NCBI GenBank assembly: GCA_030390025.1
Contig: CM059432.1
Location: 68,140,001 to 68,204,000 of the forward strand
DNA: 64,000 nt
Reading direction: 5' to 3'
Origin: Squalus acanthias
Taxonomy: Eukaryota
Positions within the stretch are counted from its first letter, which is position 1. Each line of letters begins with the position of its first letter. Shown here piece by piece: positions 12,395 to 24,995 of this stretch. A model generated the notes under the pieces. That model saw nothing but the letters and a program-made list of their open reading frames with translations, was not told where the DNA came from and did no database searches. The position numbers and the translations under genes were made by a program.

Positions 12395-14520
12395 TTCTGG
12401 GTTTCCTTGCCATTGGACCAAGACCTTGCTCTGTCAAGTTCGTGTGGTAGCTGGTATGCAACGGCCACCCCACATTAAAAGAATTCACGCACAGACATCT
12501 TCCATCCCTTTAAAATGAAGTTTGGGACCTGGAACGTCAGGACCCTCATGGATAACCCCAACAGCGACAGAACTGAACGTCGCACCGCTATCATAGCCCG
12601 GGAACTCAGACACTTCAGCATCGACATCGCAGCCCTGAGCGAGACAGAGCGGGCAGGAGAAGGCCAGCTCAAGGAGCAAGGTGGCGGATACACCTTCTTC
12701 TGGAAAGGCAAACCAGAAGAGGAACGCCGTCTCCATGGGGTTGGCTTCGCCATCAAAAATGAGCTACTTTGGCATCTTAAAGATTCCCCTTGTGGGATAA
12801 ACTAACGCCTCATGACCCTTCGGCTTACTCTAATCCGGAATCAGTACGCTATGGTTGTCAGTGTGTACGTCCCAACCCTGGAAGCTACAGACGAGGCCAA
12901 AGAGGAATTCTACTCCAGCCTTGAACAATCCCTGTCCCGCGTTCCAACGGGTGACAAGCTGATTCTCCTTGGCGATTTTAATGCCAGAGTTGGAAAGGAC
13001 ACAAACCTCTGGAGAGGTGCGATTGGCAGGGAAAGAGTAGGGAAAACCAACTCCAACGGAATTCTTCTCCTGACGAAATGTTTAGAACATGGTCTCGTCA
13101 TAACCAACACCTTGTTTCGTCAGAGAGAGAAGTACAAGTCCTCATGGCAACACCCTTGCTCCAGGCATTGGCATCTGTTGGACTACGCCATCGGCCAAGC
13201 GAGGGCCCACAAGGATGTCCGCATCACCCGTGCCATGACAGGAGCCGACGACTGCTGGACTGACCACAGCCTAATCCATTCTGCTATCTCCATCAACCTA
13301 GCCTCAAAATGGCGGCGACAACAGAAACACTGCCACAGAAAAGTCAACACCGAAGGACTCAAAGACCCTGCAAAGAAAGTCCAATTCAGTCAATGCCTCA
13401 CAGCTAACCCGACGACTCCCAGTGAACCGGAGCCGCAGAGTGTCCATAGTGTCTGGTCTGCCCTTAACTCCACCATAATTAGCACCTGCGAAGAGACTCT
13501 TGGCTACTCTACCAGAAAACATCAAGACTGGTTTGATGAGAACAACCAGGAGACCAAGGAGCTAATAAATCGTAAACGTAAGGCGTTCTTGAATTGGAAA
13601 CATCAGCAGCACTCGAGGGAAAGACGACAGATTTACAGACAACTGAAGGGTGAGTTCCAACAAAAAACTCGTGACCTAAAGAACAGATGGTGGGTGGAAA
13701 GAGCTTAGGCGATCCAGCAACTAGCCGACAACCATGAAGTGCGTGGATTCTTTAGTGCAGTCAAGACCATCTACGGCCCAAGCACCCAAGGACCTATCCC
13801 GCTGAGAGCTAAGAATGGTGAGGTGCTCATCAAGGACAGAGAGGCAGTCAGTGCCTGCTGGAAGGAGCACTTCGAAGATCTCCTCAACCAAGACGACATC
13901 TTTGACGTGAGTGTCCTTGACTCCATCCCACAGCATGCTATCCGCCACTATCTCGGCACAATCCCAGCCCGGCATGAGGTTGAAAAAGCCATCCGACAGC
14001 TGATAAACAACAAGGCTTCCGGAGCAGTTGAAACCCCCACCGAAGTACTAAAGCATGGCGGAGAAGTACTCTTGGCGCAAATCCATGACCTTATCTGGAA
14101 GGAGGAGAGCATGCCTGGGGTTTTCAGAGATGCCGTAATCATGACCATCTTCAAGAAAGGAGACAAGTCCGATTGCGGTAATTACAGAGGAGTTTCCGTG
14201 TTGTCTGCCACAGGGAAAGTCATTGCAAGAATCCTCCTCAATCATCTCCTCCCAGTGGCTGAAGAGCTCCTCTCAGAGTCACAATGCGGATTCCGCCCAC
14301 TAAGAGGCACAATGGACATGATTTTCACTGTGCGACAAATCCAAGAGAAATGTATGGAGCAGCATCAACCTCTGTACATGGCCTTTTTTGACCTCAAAGG
14401 CCTTCGACACGGTCAACCAGAGAGATTATGGAGTGTCCTTCTCAATTTGGCTGTCCTCAAAAATTCGTTACCATCCTCCGTCTGCTCCACGATGACATGC
14501 AAGCCGTGATCCTTACTAAC
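12395..14520 (+). mobile_element. RTE-clade LINE (endonuclease plus N-terminal RT), 3' part missing, nested in an L2 fragment
   Basis: GTWNVRTL, DIAALSET, GVGFAI, LGDFNARVG, NYRGVS and QCGFRP..T.DMIFTVRQIQEKC.EQ are RTE ORF motifs; stops at about 12805 and 13708. L2 sequence flanks it at 12172-12253 and 14520-14915. Confidence 0.92.
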
Positions 14521-14915
14521 CGATCAATTTTAAAATTCTCATCCTTGTTTTCAAATCCCTCCATGGCCTCACTCCTCCCCATCTCTAATCTCCTCCAGCC
14601 CCACAACCCTCAGATATCTACACTCTTCCAATTCTGGCCTCTTGAGCATCCCCGATTTTAATCACTCCACTACTGCGCCTTCAGCTGCCAAGGCCTTAAG
14701 CTCTGGAATTCCCTCCCTAAACCTCTCCAGATCTCTTCCTCTCTTTCCTCCTTTAAGACACTCCTTAAAAACTTACCTCTTTTGACCAAGCTTTTGGTCA
14801 TCTGCCCTAATATCTCGTGTCTCGGTGTCAAATTCTGTTTTAGATCGCTCCTGTGAAGCGCCTTGGGACGTTTTACTACATTAAAGGTGTTATATAAATA
14901 CAAGTTGATGTTGTA
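14520..14915 (+). mobile_element. L2 3' end
   Basis: Matches 4330-4740; tail ataaatacaagttgatgttgt. Confidence 0.85.
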
Positions 14916-15530
14916 AGCTGTGGAGGAAGTAGTCAGAGGCTGCAAAGGCATATAGACTAGTTAAATGATTGGGCAAGAAGGTGGCAGATGGAGTATAATG
15001 TGGAGAAATATGAAATCATCCACTTTGGTAGGAAGAATAGAAAAGCCTATAGGCTCTAGTGGCTGTATGGTCTACTCCTGCTCCTATTTTTTATGTTTTT
15101 ATTACATTAACTAGGCTTGTATGCCCTGAAATATAGAAGGTTAAGGGGTGATTTAATTGAGGTTTTTAAGATTTTGAAGGGAATTGATAGGTTAGATAGA
15201 AAGATGCTTTTTTCACTGGTGGGAGAGTCCAGGACAAGGGGGCATAACCTTAAAATCAGAGCCAGGCCATTCATGAGAAGTTAGGAAATGCTTCTTCACA
15301 CAAAGGGTGGTAGAAGTGTAGAACTCTTTCCCACCAAAAGTAGTAAATGCTAGATCAAATAATAATTTTAAATCTGAGATCTATATAAATATTTGCTAGC
15401 TAAGGGTATTAAGGGATATGGAGCCAAGGCAGGTGGATGGAGTTAGGATACAGATCAGCCATGATCTCAGGTGAATGGCGGAACAGGCTCGAGGGACTGA
15501 ATGGCCTACTCCTGTTCCTATGTTTTTATG
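14916..15530 (+). mobile_element. CR1 3' fragments
   Basis: tggcagatggagtataat, ttcttcacacaaagggtggtag and a cctactcctgttcctatg tail. Confidence 0.82.
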
Positions 15531-17228
15531 AATTAACTGCTCTTTACCTGTACTCCCACAAGATGCAGATTTGGGTATTTTTTTTCTACAGCCTGATCTT
15601 AATGAAGGAAATCGGAAGTGTTGCACCAGGTCTTTCTTAAAAATCTCAATTATAAAATCTGTGGCACACAGATGGGCAATGATCAAGTCTTTGTACTCTG
15701 AACTCAAGAAATAAAGCGAAATTGACAATATACACATTAGTCAATAACCAATTTTCAAAGCAAAAATCTTTCTGCACCCGACACCAAGGCATTTTCTGTC
15801 CGACTAGGTGTGAAAGCTATTCAAGGTAGTAATTAAGACTTATCACGCCGTTAAAAATCCACTTACAAGTACCAACTTCGTCTAGCGAGTTTAGTGGGTA
15901 TCTAGCGGATAAATACTGCAACTTCACACGTTCCATGTGTTCCAATGGCTAGTCTCTGGGCGAGATACTGGTATAGCGAAGCTTTTGGAGGAGAGGGCGC
16001 TTCCAACAGCAACTTCCTGATATCTGTGATGAACTGCGCATGTGCGGTTGCTGGAATTTGCTGTCTGGTTTACTCTTTAATAAAAGGTAACTACCAATAG
16101 CTTCACTGCTATTTTTACCGCAAAATCTGGCTACAGTTTTTTCCTTGGGGGTTTTAGATGTGGTTTTATACCTCGCCAGGCTTTGCAGCTACTTTACAAC
16201 AGATAGGCTCACTGTGGCACAAGAACTGTGACATAAGAATTTATAATGGATAAAGTTGACACAAAAGTGTGACAAAACCGTAACAATGAGGTTTTGTAGA
16301 CAGCAAGTGTGTGCAGATGGAAGATTTTTAATAATTATTGATACACATACACACACAATCTTCTCCCCCCTATACACACTCCACTGCACCTCTCCCCACA
16401 CACACGCATAATTCTCCAGTCCTTCCCCTCTCACGCACACTCTCCCTACTCTTAACCCCATCCCACACAATCTCCCTCCTTTGTGCATGGTCTGTGGAAA
16501 TAGCATGTTTGAAAAGCCAAATGGCCTTTTTCATTTCATACTTATGTTCTCAGAATCATTGCACAACTTGACTCAGTGGTGCTCAACAGAACATGGTCTA
16601 AAAAGATATTTGACTTAGAATCAACGTGAGCTGTTCAGGGTGAACTAGATGGTGCCCACCAACTTTTAAGTGACATGGCTAATTTGTAGAGTTCATATCA
16701 ATGCATGGAAAAATGAAGGCTGGTACAAAAAATTAGTTTCTGATCTGCATCACCGAAAGAATGGAAGATCACATGGTAAGGTGGTTTCATGACAAACTTA
16801 GGGATGTCCACAAATTTATGTTATTGCTCTTTAATGAGCCTATAAATCATGCCAAAAAAATGGGAAAAATACATGCTTTTAAAGCTGAAATTGTCCAAAA
16901 TTTGAAAGTTGACAAAGCATGGAAAAATACTTCAATATTCCAGTTTTCTGCTCAGGCTTTGGGAGCTTTAACACTATGGGGTCTAGCTGATCTTTTCAAC
17001 AGTCGGTTCAGCTTGAAAATGTTATTAATAGACCTATTCTAACTATACAAATCACGACTCTCATAGGAGGCCCATTTCTTCAAAGTTAGCGCCATTATAC
17101 TGCCTTTTTTACATCGTGCGGGCCAAGTTGCTCAATGGGAAGCTTTAATATCAAAGGCTGGATTAAAAGTGCAACAAAAGTGGAAAAAGAATGAGCAATA
17201 TCTAATTTAATATCATATTAGTACATAC

Positions 17229-17342
17229 CAGTTGTGCACCATCAGTTTCTGAACTGCCAAAAGAGCATTGTAGCGTACTTGCTGATCTTCATGGTGCATA
17301 TGGTTCATTACAAGCTGTTTGCCTCCAAGCTGTTCAATTACA
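17229..17342 (-). CDS. ATP6V1H: ATP6V1H penultimate coding exon, 114 nt ([38 protein letters not shown])
   Basis: attttcag|T GTA...AAC TG|gtatg. The expected terminal exon (EYLGKQL...) was not found in 1-17228. Confidence 0.97.
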
Positions 17343-17514
17343 CTGAAAATAAACAGTCACAATCATGAATATTAAATCATGATTTATTTTTGAATTGTTT
17401 TATAAAATTAATGTTTTAAATATTCATTATTTGAATATTAATACTATTAGGGGTTTAGGGATATATACATACTCAAGACTGACATGGATACTTTGTGTAG
17501 GAAAGAAGAACGAA

Positions 17515-17950
17515 TGAACTTGTGTTTACATAGTACCTTTCATCTTCTTAAGAAGTCCAAAGCACTTATAACCAATGAATTACTTTTACAGTGTAGTCAC
17601 TGTTGTTTTGCAAGCAAACACAACAGCTAATTTGTGCACAGCAATATCTGACAAACAGCAAAGAGGTAAATGACCAGTTAATCTGCTTTGGTGGTGCTGG
17701 TTGAGGGATGACTGTTGGCCAAGGCACTGGGAGAACGCCTGCTCTTTGGAAAAAGTGTCACAGGACTCTAACAGGCACATTGGACTTTGGTTTAATGTCT
17801 CATTCAAAAGACAGCACCTCCAAGAATGCAACAACACCTCAATATTACATGAAGTGCCACCCAATATTTAGGTGCTCAAGTTCCAGATTGGGTTTGAATT
17901 CACAACCTTCTGACTCAGAAGCGAGAGTTCTACCATTGAGGCAAGTTGAC
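17515..17950 (-). mobile_element. tRNA-derived SINE (Deu-domain/SacSINE1-like)
   Basis: Reverse complement resembles 41887-42335: A/B-box head (ctcaatggtagaa / gttgtgaattcaaacc) and an L2-like tail. Confidence 0.72.
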
Positions 17951-18184
17951 ATTGGAGTGCAGAGGAGAATTGAGTCAAAACACTGCACTTTAAAGTGTGA
18001 ATAAGAAATCTCAAAACAATATAATTCATATTGATGCAGCAGAGCCAGAGGTGGAATCTTCCTTCTATAAATCCACTCAAAGAAGCTTGCATTAATTTTT
18101 TTTGAAGTCTCAAATAAATTATACAAGTCTCTGATGATTTGGAATTATTTTTTCTGTAAATTTTATTTCCTGACAAGATCTTAC

Positions 18185-18286
18185 CGTTTTCCCCGAGGGT
18201 AGTGACGCACATATTCACCAATATCATGTGCAGCCACAGCCAACACTTGAGGGTCATCAGAAACTTCCAAAAGCCTTGTCAGAATC
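18185..18286 (-). CDS. ATP6V1H: ATP6V1H coding exon, 102 nt ([33 protein letters not shown])
   Basis: ctcttgtgaag|G ATT...AAA CG|gtaag; conserved [15 protein letters not shown]. Confidence 0.97.
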
Positions 18287-18329
18287 CTTCACAAGAGAAA
18301 TTAAAATGCAAAATAATGAGATTAGCATG

Positions 18330-18484
18330 TAATGATCCCTGTAATTTTTTTTGGGTGTGCGGGCCCTTTAACTGGCTGCGCGGACCATTCAATTTTTTGC
18401 GCATGTGCGGTCATTACCATTATAAATCTTGTGAGCGGCCTGCGCAGGACCTCCAGACAGCTGCGCAACTTAACGGGAACACTG
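18330..18484. mobile_element. Short MITE-like element (hAT-like end CAGTGTTCCC)
   Basis: Right end ttaacgggaacactg; degenerate left end aatgatccctgtaa; CpG-rich interior in AT-rich surroundings. Confidence 0.5.
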
Positions 18485-18696
18485 TTAGCATGCATTTCTT
18501 TCACATTGCAATCATTAAGAATTGCTTAAATCCTTCTAAATTAAATTCTTTTTTTAATGTAATTATAGTGTTCTGCTAAGTAAAATTCTAGCATTGATAT
18601 TTGGTAGCAAAACGTGATAAATAATGTTAACAAAAGTAATCCAGCAAGGGAAAGACGCTGTTGGGTGGCAGCTTGAAAACATTATCGGGGCACCAA

Positions 18697-19306
18697 GAGG
18701 AAAAAATTGAGTTGTGCCCCTTTTGGCGCTAACTTCACTGGGGTGCTACTTTTAGCGCCCCGAAAAAATTAGTGCCCTCGCGGCCGAAATTCACCGGTAG
18801 CGCTACTGGAAGTGCTCCGCCTCCCTCTTGGGGCGCTGCGAGTGAATATCGCGCCGCTATGTGCTGCAGCGCCACTCCGCAGTACTGCAGGCCTTCCTCC
18901 CCTTCTTAAAGGGGAGGGGCCTAGCGCAGCGCAACCCGGGGCCCAGCTGGGCCACCAGGGATCAGAGTGTCGGCAAAAGAGCCCGGCATTCAAGAGAAGG
19001 GGGGGGGCTGCAGAGGAGGCCGGGGACAGCAGAGGGGGTAGGTGCTGGCAGGCGGCCAGCAACAAATATGGCCGCCCTGCACCTCCCCTTTAATTTGCGC
19101 CGCCCCGGCCGCAGGTAGGCCCCCCTGACCCCGTCGGACATAGCGTCTGGCGGTAAGTAAGGGGGCGCTACCGAAGATCGCGGCCGGGGTGCGATTTTCA
19201 CGGGAGGCGTTGGTGGTGTCGCGCCCAGGTGCCAGTTGCTTTGCGCCCCGTTAGCGCCCTCTTAGGGTGCTAACGGGAGGTGCAAAGCAACCGAATTTTT
19301 AGGCCC
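18697..19306. mobile_element. GC-rich MITE (Harbinger-like end GGGCCTAAAAATTC)
   Basis: Abrupt GC/CpG-rich block; the right end ccgaatttttaggccc resembles the other MITE ends; degenerate left end aaaaattgagttg. Confidence 0.6.
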
Positions 19307-19608
19307 AAAGGTTTATCATCTACTTTACATTCTTGATGCTTATGTTATGCTCTCAAGTATTTCTACAGTCTGTTGTCCTCAATGAATAATCTAATTGCCA
19401 AGCGCAATTAATTTAATGTCATTTTATTAAATTTTCAATGATTATAATACAATGCAAACCGACAACAAAAATCCCATTTGTACAACATATTTTAAATACC
19501 ACTAGGATCTACCAAATTGAGTATGCAGAAGTTAAAGGTAGGTATTAACTAGGCTTAAATGCCAATTTATCTGAATGGAGCAAATACAAATATTGAAATT
19601 AAACTTAC

Positions 19609-19734
19609 TTCAGCAGTTCATAGTTTTTTTCATTCAACCTGGCAGCATTTTCTCGCCAGAATTTTTCTGATTTGTGGACAGGGCTCCATTCCAGGCGTCC
19701 TGACTTCAGTTCTGAACTGTATTCATCAAAGGAA
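19609..19734 (-). CDS. ATP6V1H: ATP6V1H coding exon, 126 nt ([41 protein letters not shown])
   Basis: acttccag|T TCC...CTG AA|gtaag; carries the hallmark [16 protein letters not shown] motif of the subunit H C-terminal domain (also visible in ORF 19605..19808). Confidence 0.98.
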
Positions 19735-19831
19735 CTGGAAGTGGGTGGTAGGGGAGGAGGAAAAATAAAATCAGTGCTGCATGTATATAAAACAACGAAT
19801 GCTCTCAAAATTAATTTTCAACAACAAAAAT

Positions 19832-20497
19832 TTACATAGAATTACATAGGATATACGGCACAGAAACGGGCCATTTGGCCCAACCAGTCCATGCCAGCGT
19901 TTATGCTCCACTCGAGCCTCCTCTCATCCTTCCTCACCTATAAGCATAATCCTCTACTCCCTTCTCCCCCATATGCTTATCTAGCCTCCCTTTAAATGCT
20001 ATACAGTACTATTCGCCTCAACCACTCCCTGTGGTAGCAAGTTCCACATTCTCACCACTCTCTGGGTAAAGTAATTTGTTCTGCATTCCTTAGTTGATTT
20101 CTTGGTGACTATCTTATATTGATGGCCTCTAGTTTTGCTCTTCCCCACAAGTGGAAACACTCTCTCTGTGTCGACTCTATCAAAACCTTTCATAATTTTA
20201 AAGACCACTATTAGGTCACCCCTCAGCCTTCTCTTTCCAAGAGAAAGGAGATCCAACCTGTTCATTCTTTCCTGATGGGTGTAACCTCCCATTTCTGGTA
20301 TCATCCTTGTAAATCTTTGTTGCGCCGTCTCCAGTACCTCTATATCCTTTTTATAATATGGCGACCAGAACTGTACACAGTACTCCAAGTATGGTCCAAC
20401 CAAGGTTCGATTCAAGCTTAGCATAACTTCTCTACTTTTCAATTTTATCCCTCTAGAAATAAACCAGAGTGCTTGATTTGCTTTTTTATGGCCTTTA
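19832..20497 (-). mobile_element. 5'-truncated CR1, same subfamily as 28131-29245
   Basis: ORF 19999..20526 encodes the CR1 ORF2 C-terminus; tail ttacatagaattacataggat. Confidence 0.92.
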
Positions 20498-20975
20498 CCT
20501 GGTGAAGATGAATCTGCGACAATCATGCCTTTACAAATTTTTTTTTTTTTTTTTTTTTAAAAAGGATTCACATGCATAACTAAAAATCTGGGAAAGCATC
20601 CTCTGAACAAGGTCTCTTCCCATGAATGTTTTAGCTCAGTGTATTTAACTTCCCTAGCATCAGTGACTGAGTCCGAATGGTTTTCATGCTTGACTTTAAC
20701 ATTCAAACAAGATTGACCAAAAACTGAGGAAATGTTGGATAAAGAAGGGTCTGGGTGTATTTACGACGATAGAATGATGCCACAGACTGGATTGCATTAC
20801 ATTATGGGTCTCCATCCCAGATCTATGTCATACCTCCCTTAAAATTTGGAATAGGGTTGCATTTCAGAACTGGCCGGAGCCAATGTTTATGCAATTGAGG
20901 AATGCTTATTTTGAGGGCATAAAGCAAGGGAAACAGGAAACAGGGGTGGACTGCAGGTCTCAAAACTTCCAGAGA

Positions 20976-21253
20976 CAGTATTGCCAACTCTCGCAATTCC
21001 ATCGTGAGACACGCAATTTCCGATTGAAATAAAGCTTCACTTGCGATGGAACGCCTAAATCTCTAGACGTTCTGGAAAGCCCTCTGAACCCGGTGTTTTT
21101 TTTTGCGCGTGTGCAAATCGCGTATCTTTTCGCGCATGCGCAAATCGCCATTTCCCCCCCCCCCCCCCAAAAAAATCCAGAGATTTAGGTGTTCCATCGT
21201 GAGTGAAGCTTTATTTCACTCGGAAATCGCGTGTCTCGCAGTTGGCAATACTG
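20976..21253. mobile_element. Foldback MITE (hAT-like TIR CAGTATTGCCAACT)
   Basis: Perfect 14-bp terminal inverted repeat plus about 60-bp subterminal inverted arms; no TSD recognised. Confidence 0.8.
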
Positions 21254-21770
21254 GTGCTATCATTTCCATGATTTAATTGATTTTATAGTTCAAATTAAAG
21301 TTAGATGGACAGGCTAGGGTTCTAGAGGGAAGAGATTTGTGAGAAATTGCAAGGAAACCAAGACTGAATTTTTATGACAACCGTAAGCATTTCTATATTA
21401 AATATGACAAGTTAACATCTTTGAAATTAGATTTAGTTTTAGTCAGAGATCTACGTTATTGAAGGTTTGGCAAGTTGTCCAGACTTTAATGCAACTTCAA
21501 TTGAGACTGCAGCCAAAAGAAGTCTTTTAAAATTTGTAAAGCATAATGTATTGTAACTTTGAGCTGGAGCATCAATCGAGCCCAGAATGATAGCATTAGT
21601 CTCCTCTGTGAGGGCGAAAGGATCCTCGGTTGATGTAGTTAGGGCAATTTCATTTCAGCTCTATATAGGCTAAAAGCACAAAATTGTTCATAATTCTACC
21701 TCTAAATTATACAAAATTAACAATGTCACAAACAAAAATAACTGGAGTGGAAAATGGAAATGGTGCAAGA

Positions 21771-23713
21771 GAAGCTGTACTTCTAGTGATCGGGTTAGGC
21801 ACATTGTTCTAGCAGAGCAACTAACACTTACCTGGCAGTACTTTAAGTGAACACAAATTTCAAAGAGGATATATTCCCCAGTATCAAAAGGAAAACTTCA
21901 GACAAAAATAAACATTTTCTGAATAAAAATTTCTAATTTTGAAATTATTTCAGTTGAAAACCTTTTAAGCCATTTCGATGGCAAGTCAGTGATCTCACAA
22001 AACGGCAGACCTTTTCCAGCATGTACATTTTCCCAATTAAGTGAGAGCCTGATGACTGATCAATATCCAAGCAGGATAAAAAAATGACAAAATGATTTTC
22101 AAGTGAGATTACAAGTGTTCATAAACTGTTCAAGCAGCCCATACACTACTAGTGATTTAAACTAATTGTACAAATCAGTTAGCCTTCTTACTATTAACTT
22201 AAAAAGACTAAAACAGTTAATTTTGTATTTATTTTTATATACAGATTTTAGAGCATGGCTCAATTGTGGTACCAGTGGAGAAATTGCTTCCATTTTTCAG
22301 AGTCTTCAGAGTAAAGGGATATAGACAGGTTAAGTGAGTGGGCAATAAAGTGGCAGATGGAGTATAATGTGAGGAAATTCACTTTGGTAAGAAGAATAGA
22401 AAAACAGTATATTTTTAAAATGGTGAGAAACTATTAAATGTTGCTGTTCAGAGAGATTTAGGTGTCCTCATACAGGAAACAGAGTTAGCATGCAGGTACA
22501 GCAAGCAATTAGGAAGGCAAATGGCATGTTAGCCTTTATTGCAAGGGGGTTGGAGTACAAGAGTACAGTTGTACGGGGCTTTGGTAAGACCACACCTGGA
22601 GTACTGTGCAGTTTCGGTCTCCTTATCTGAGAAAGGACATACATGCCTTAGAGGGTTGAGAGGGTTGTCCTATGAGGAGAGATGGAGTAGATTGGGCCTA
22701 TACTCTCTGGAGTTTAGAAGAATGAGAGGTGAGCTCATTGAAACAGATACGATTCTGAGGGGGATTGGCAGGGTACTGAGAGTTTGTTTCCGCTGGCTGG
22801 AGAGTCTAGAACTAGGGGGCATAGTCTCAGGATAAGTGATCTGCCATTTAAAACAAAGATGAGGAGGAATTTCTTCACTCAGAGGATTGTGAATCTTTGG
22901 AATTCTCTACCCCAAAGGGTTGTGGATGCTGAGTTGTTGAGTATATTCAAGGTCGAGAGAGATAGATTTTTGGACTCTAGGGGAATCAAGGGATATGGGG
23001 ATCAGGCGGGAAAGTGGAATTGAGGTCAAAGATCTTATTGAATGGCGGAGCAGGATCGAAGGGCCGTATGGCCCACTCCTACTCCTAATTCTTATGTTCT
23101 TATGTCTGAGCTCTGCAGGTCACTGTGCCAAATCTATCCATCCATTGTGGTCACCTGTACACAATCCTGGTGGGCCAGAAGATAGGAGCATAGGCTTTTG
23201 TTTTGCTAATAAGGCCTCACAAGAATTATTATTTCCCCCAAACATCAGAATATAGTAAATAAGCCATACTAAGAGGAGAAACTGAGAAAAGACATACAAG
23301 AAATTCTCTAGACAGGGGATAAGAGAGGCTTTTTCAGGGCTACCTCCCTGTGGAGCCACATGAAAAATGAGCTTGAAATCTATTTCCAGATAGCTTAATT
23401 TGTGGAAACTGACTTGACTATGCTTTGGCTAAGAGTGTTGCTATTTCACACTGGGCCCCTTTGAGGTGCCTGGCTGATAAATCTATGGAATTTGTACTGC
23501 ACCAATATACAGTCAACAGTGACCACACTCCACCCTTGAATCTTACAAACATTTATTACATTGAAATCGAGGTGTCCATAAACCCTGGACAGACTTTCCA
23601 CAGAATCTACATTTTCATGCCACAGAATGTGGTTGAGCTATTTCAGAAAGTGGCCTTGAGGCTGCACTTCTAGTGATCGGGTTAGGCACATTGTTCTAGC
23701 AGTGCAACTAACA
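21771..23713. repeat. 56-bp direct repeat pair (21771-21826 and 23658-23713)
   Basis: 53/56 identical by eye; core cttctagtgatcgggttaggcacattgttctagcag. Confidence 0.9.
22314..23105 (+). mobile_element. 5'-truncated CR1
   Basis: LVRPHLEYC and FFTQRIVNLWNSLP; cttatgttcttatgt tail. Confidence 0.9.
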
Positions 23714-24082
23714 TGATAGCTTAGTGCCTTGGTTAGAAGGAAAGGTTTCAGAAATTGCTCTCTTTAGCAGGAAACACTGAGGTGACCTAATTGATGTGTT
23801 GAAAATAAAGACATCCATGGCTTTACTTAAAATGGAAAGGTGATATGTTCCTTAATTTAAGTTTCTCCCATTTATACCAATATAGTAATAACTGCTGGTA
23901 TGACAGGTTGAACAGGCAAGTAGGAATAATATTTGCATAAACATTCAAATAAGCATTTGAATGTCAGTCACAAATGAAGACATACAACATATAATGGTAA
24001 TTACATGACTGATTTAACCACTTTTAGCAATAACTACTTTGCATCAGATCTTTGGTCACGAATAAGTACCATCACAACTAAC

Positions 24083-24261
24083 CTAAGATCTTGGACACTC
24101 TCTCCAAGCTTTTCCAAGAGAAATTTGATGTCATCAGCAATGTCTTCATCATCATATTTCTGCTGTTCAAGATTCTCCAGCTGTTTAAGGACTTTGCACT
24201 GAATCATTGCAAGTGCATATTCCTGATGTGTTTCTCTTTCTGCAGATTTTTCCAGAAGATT
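24083..24261 (-). CDS. ATP6V1H: ATP6V1H coding exon, 179 nt (NLLEKSAERETHQEYALAMIQCKVLKQLENLEQQKYDDEDIADDIKFLLEKLGESVQDL)
   Basis: tttttaacag|AAT...CTT AG|gttag; near-identical to the vertebrate subunit H sequence. Confidence 0.97.
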
Positions 24262-24439
24262 CTGTTAAAAATAAAATGTTCAAAAGTTCACTACAGATTT
24301 TCCATTTTACTCAATTTTAAAAGGAAGGTTCCAAAAGTATATGCTGAACATCTATGGGATAAATGCAAGGAACTTCAATAACAAAATGTTTGTGCTGTGT
24401 CCACTCTATGGACACTTAAGATTAAAATACATTCAGATT

Positions 24440-24995
24440 AAAGTCCTGTTTGATCCTGAGCTAAGCTTCAAAGCCCACATCTGTTTCATAACCAAGACTA
24501 CTTATTTCCACAGCTACAATTTGGCTACATCCACCTACCACAGCCCCTCTGCTGCTGAAACCCTTATCCATGTTTTTGTCACTCTGGTGCTCTCCTTGGT
24601 TGTTTTCCTTTGTCCACCCTCCATAAACTACAACAACTTATCCAAGACCCAACTGCTCACATTCTGTCTTGCAAAGTCTTCACTGGCTTCCTAATCCCTA
24701 ATATATTACATTTTAAGTGCTTGTTCTACATTCAAATCTTTCCACGGTATTGTTCCACCCCATCGCTTCACCCTCTTCCAAACCTACAAATCCTCCATCA
24801 TTCCTTTGTCTTCCGAAGAGAGCCTCCTGTACAGCCTCCTCCCCACTTTGGTTGCAGAGCTTTCAGCCACCTTAGCCCTGCTATCTGTAACTCCTTTCCT
24901 AAACCTGTCTGCCTCTCTGCATCTCTCTGCTTTAAAAACATTCTCAAAACCCATGTTTTCAGCAGAACTTTCAGTCACTCCTCATACCCTTGCTT
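24440..24995 (+). mobile_element. Old L2 fragment
   Basis: VLFDPELSF...SAAETLIHVFVT, colinear with the other L2 copies. Confidence 0.75.

Noticed and set aside
16761..17042. 93-aa plus ORF with a faint hAT-transposase flavour (VRW, LADLFN)
   Set aside because: The similarity is too weak to call without a search.
1..17228. Terminal coding exon of ATP6V1H (expected EYLGKQLQ...)
   Set aside because: No matching minus-strand sequence found by eye; it probably lies beyond the window start, though a diverged short exon could have been missed.
18697..19306. CpG-island-like block suggesting an internal promoter or small gene
   Set aside because: It is bounded by MITE-like ends and the ORFs are low-complexity; better explained as a transposon.
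21826..21838. ACTTACCTGGCAG match to the U1 snRNA 5' end
   Set aside because: Only 13 nt and the rest of U1 is absent; it is simply the complement of a consensus splice donor.
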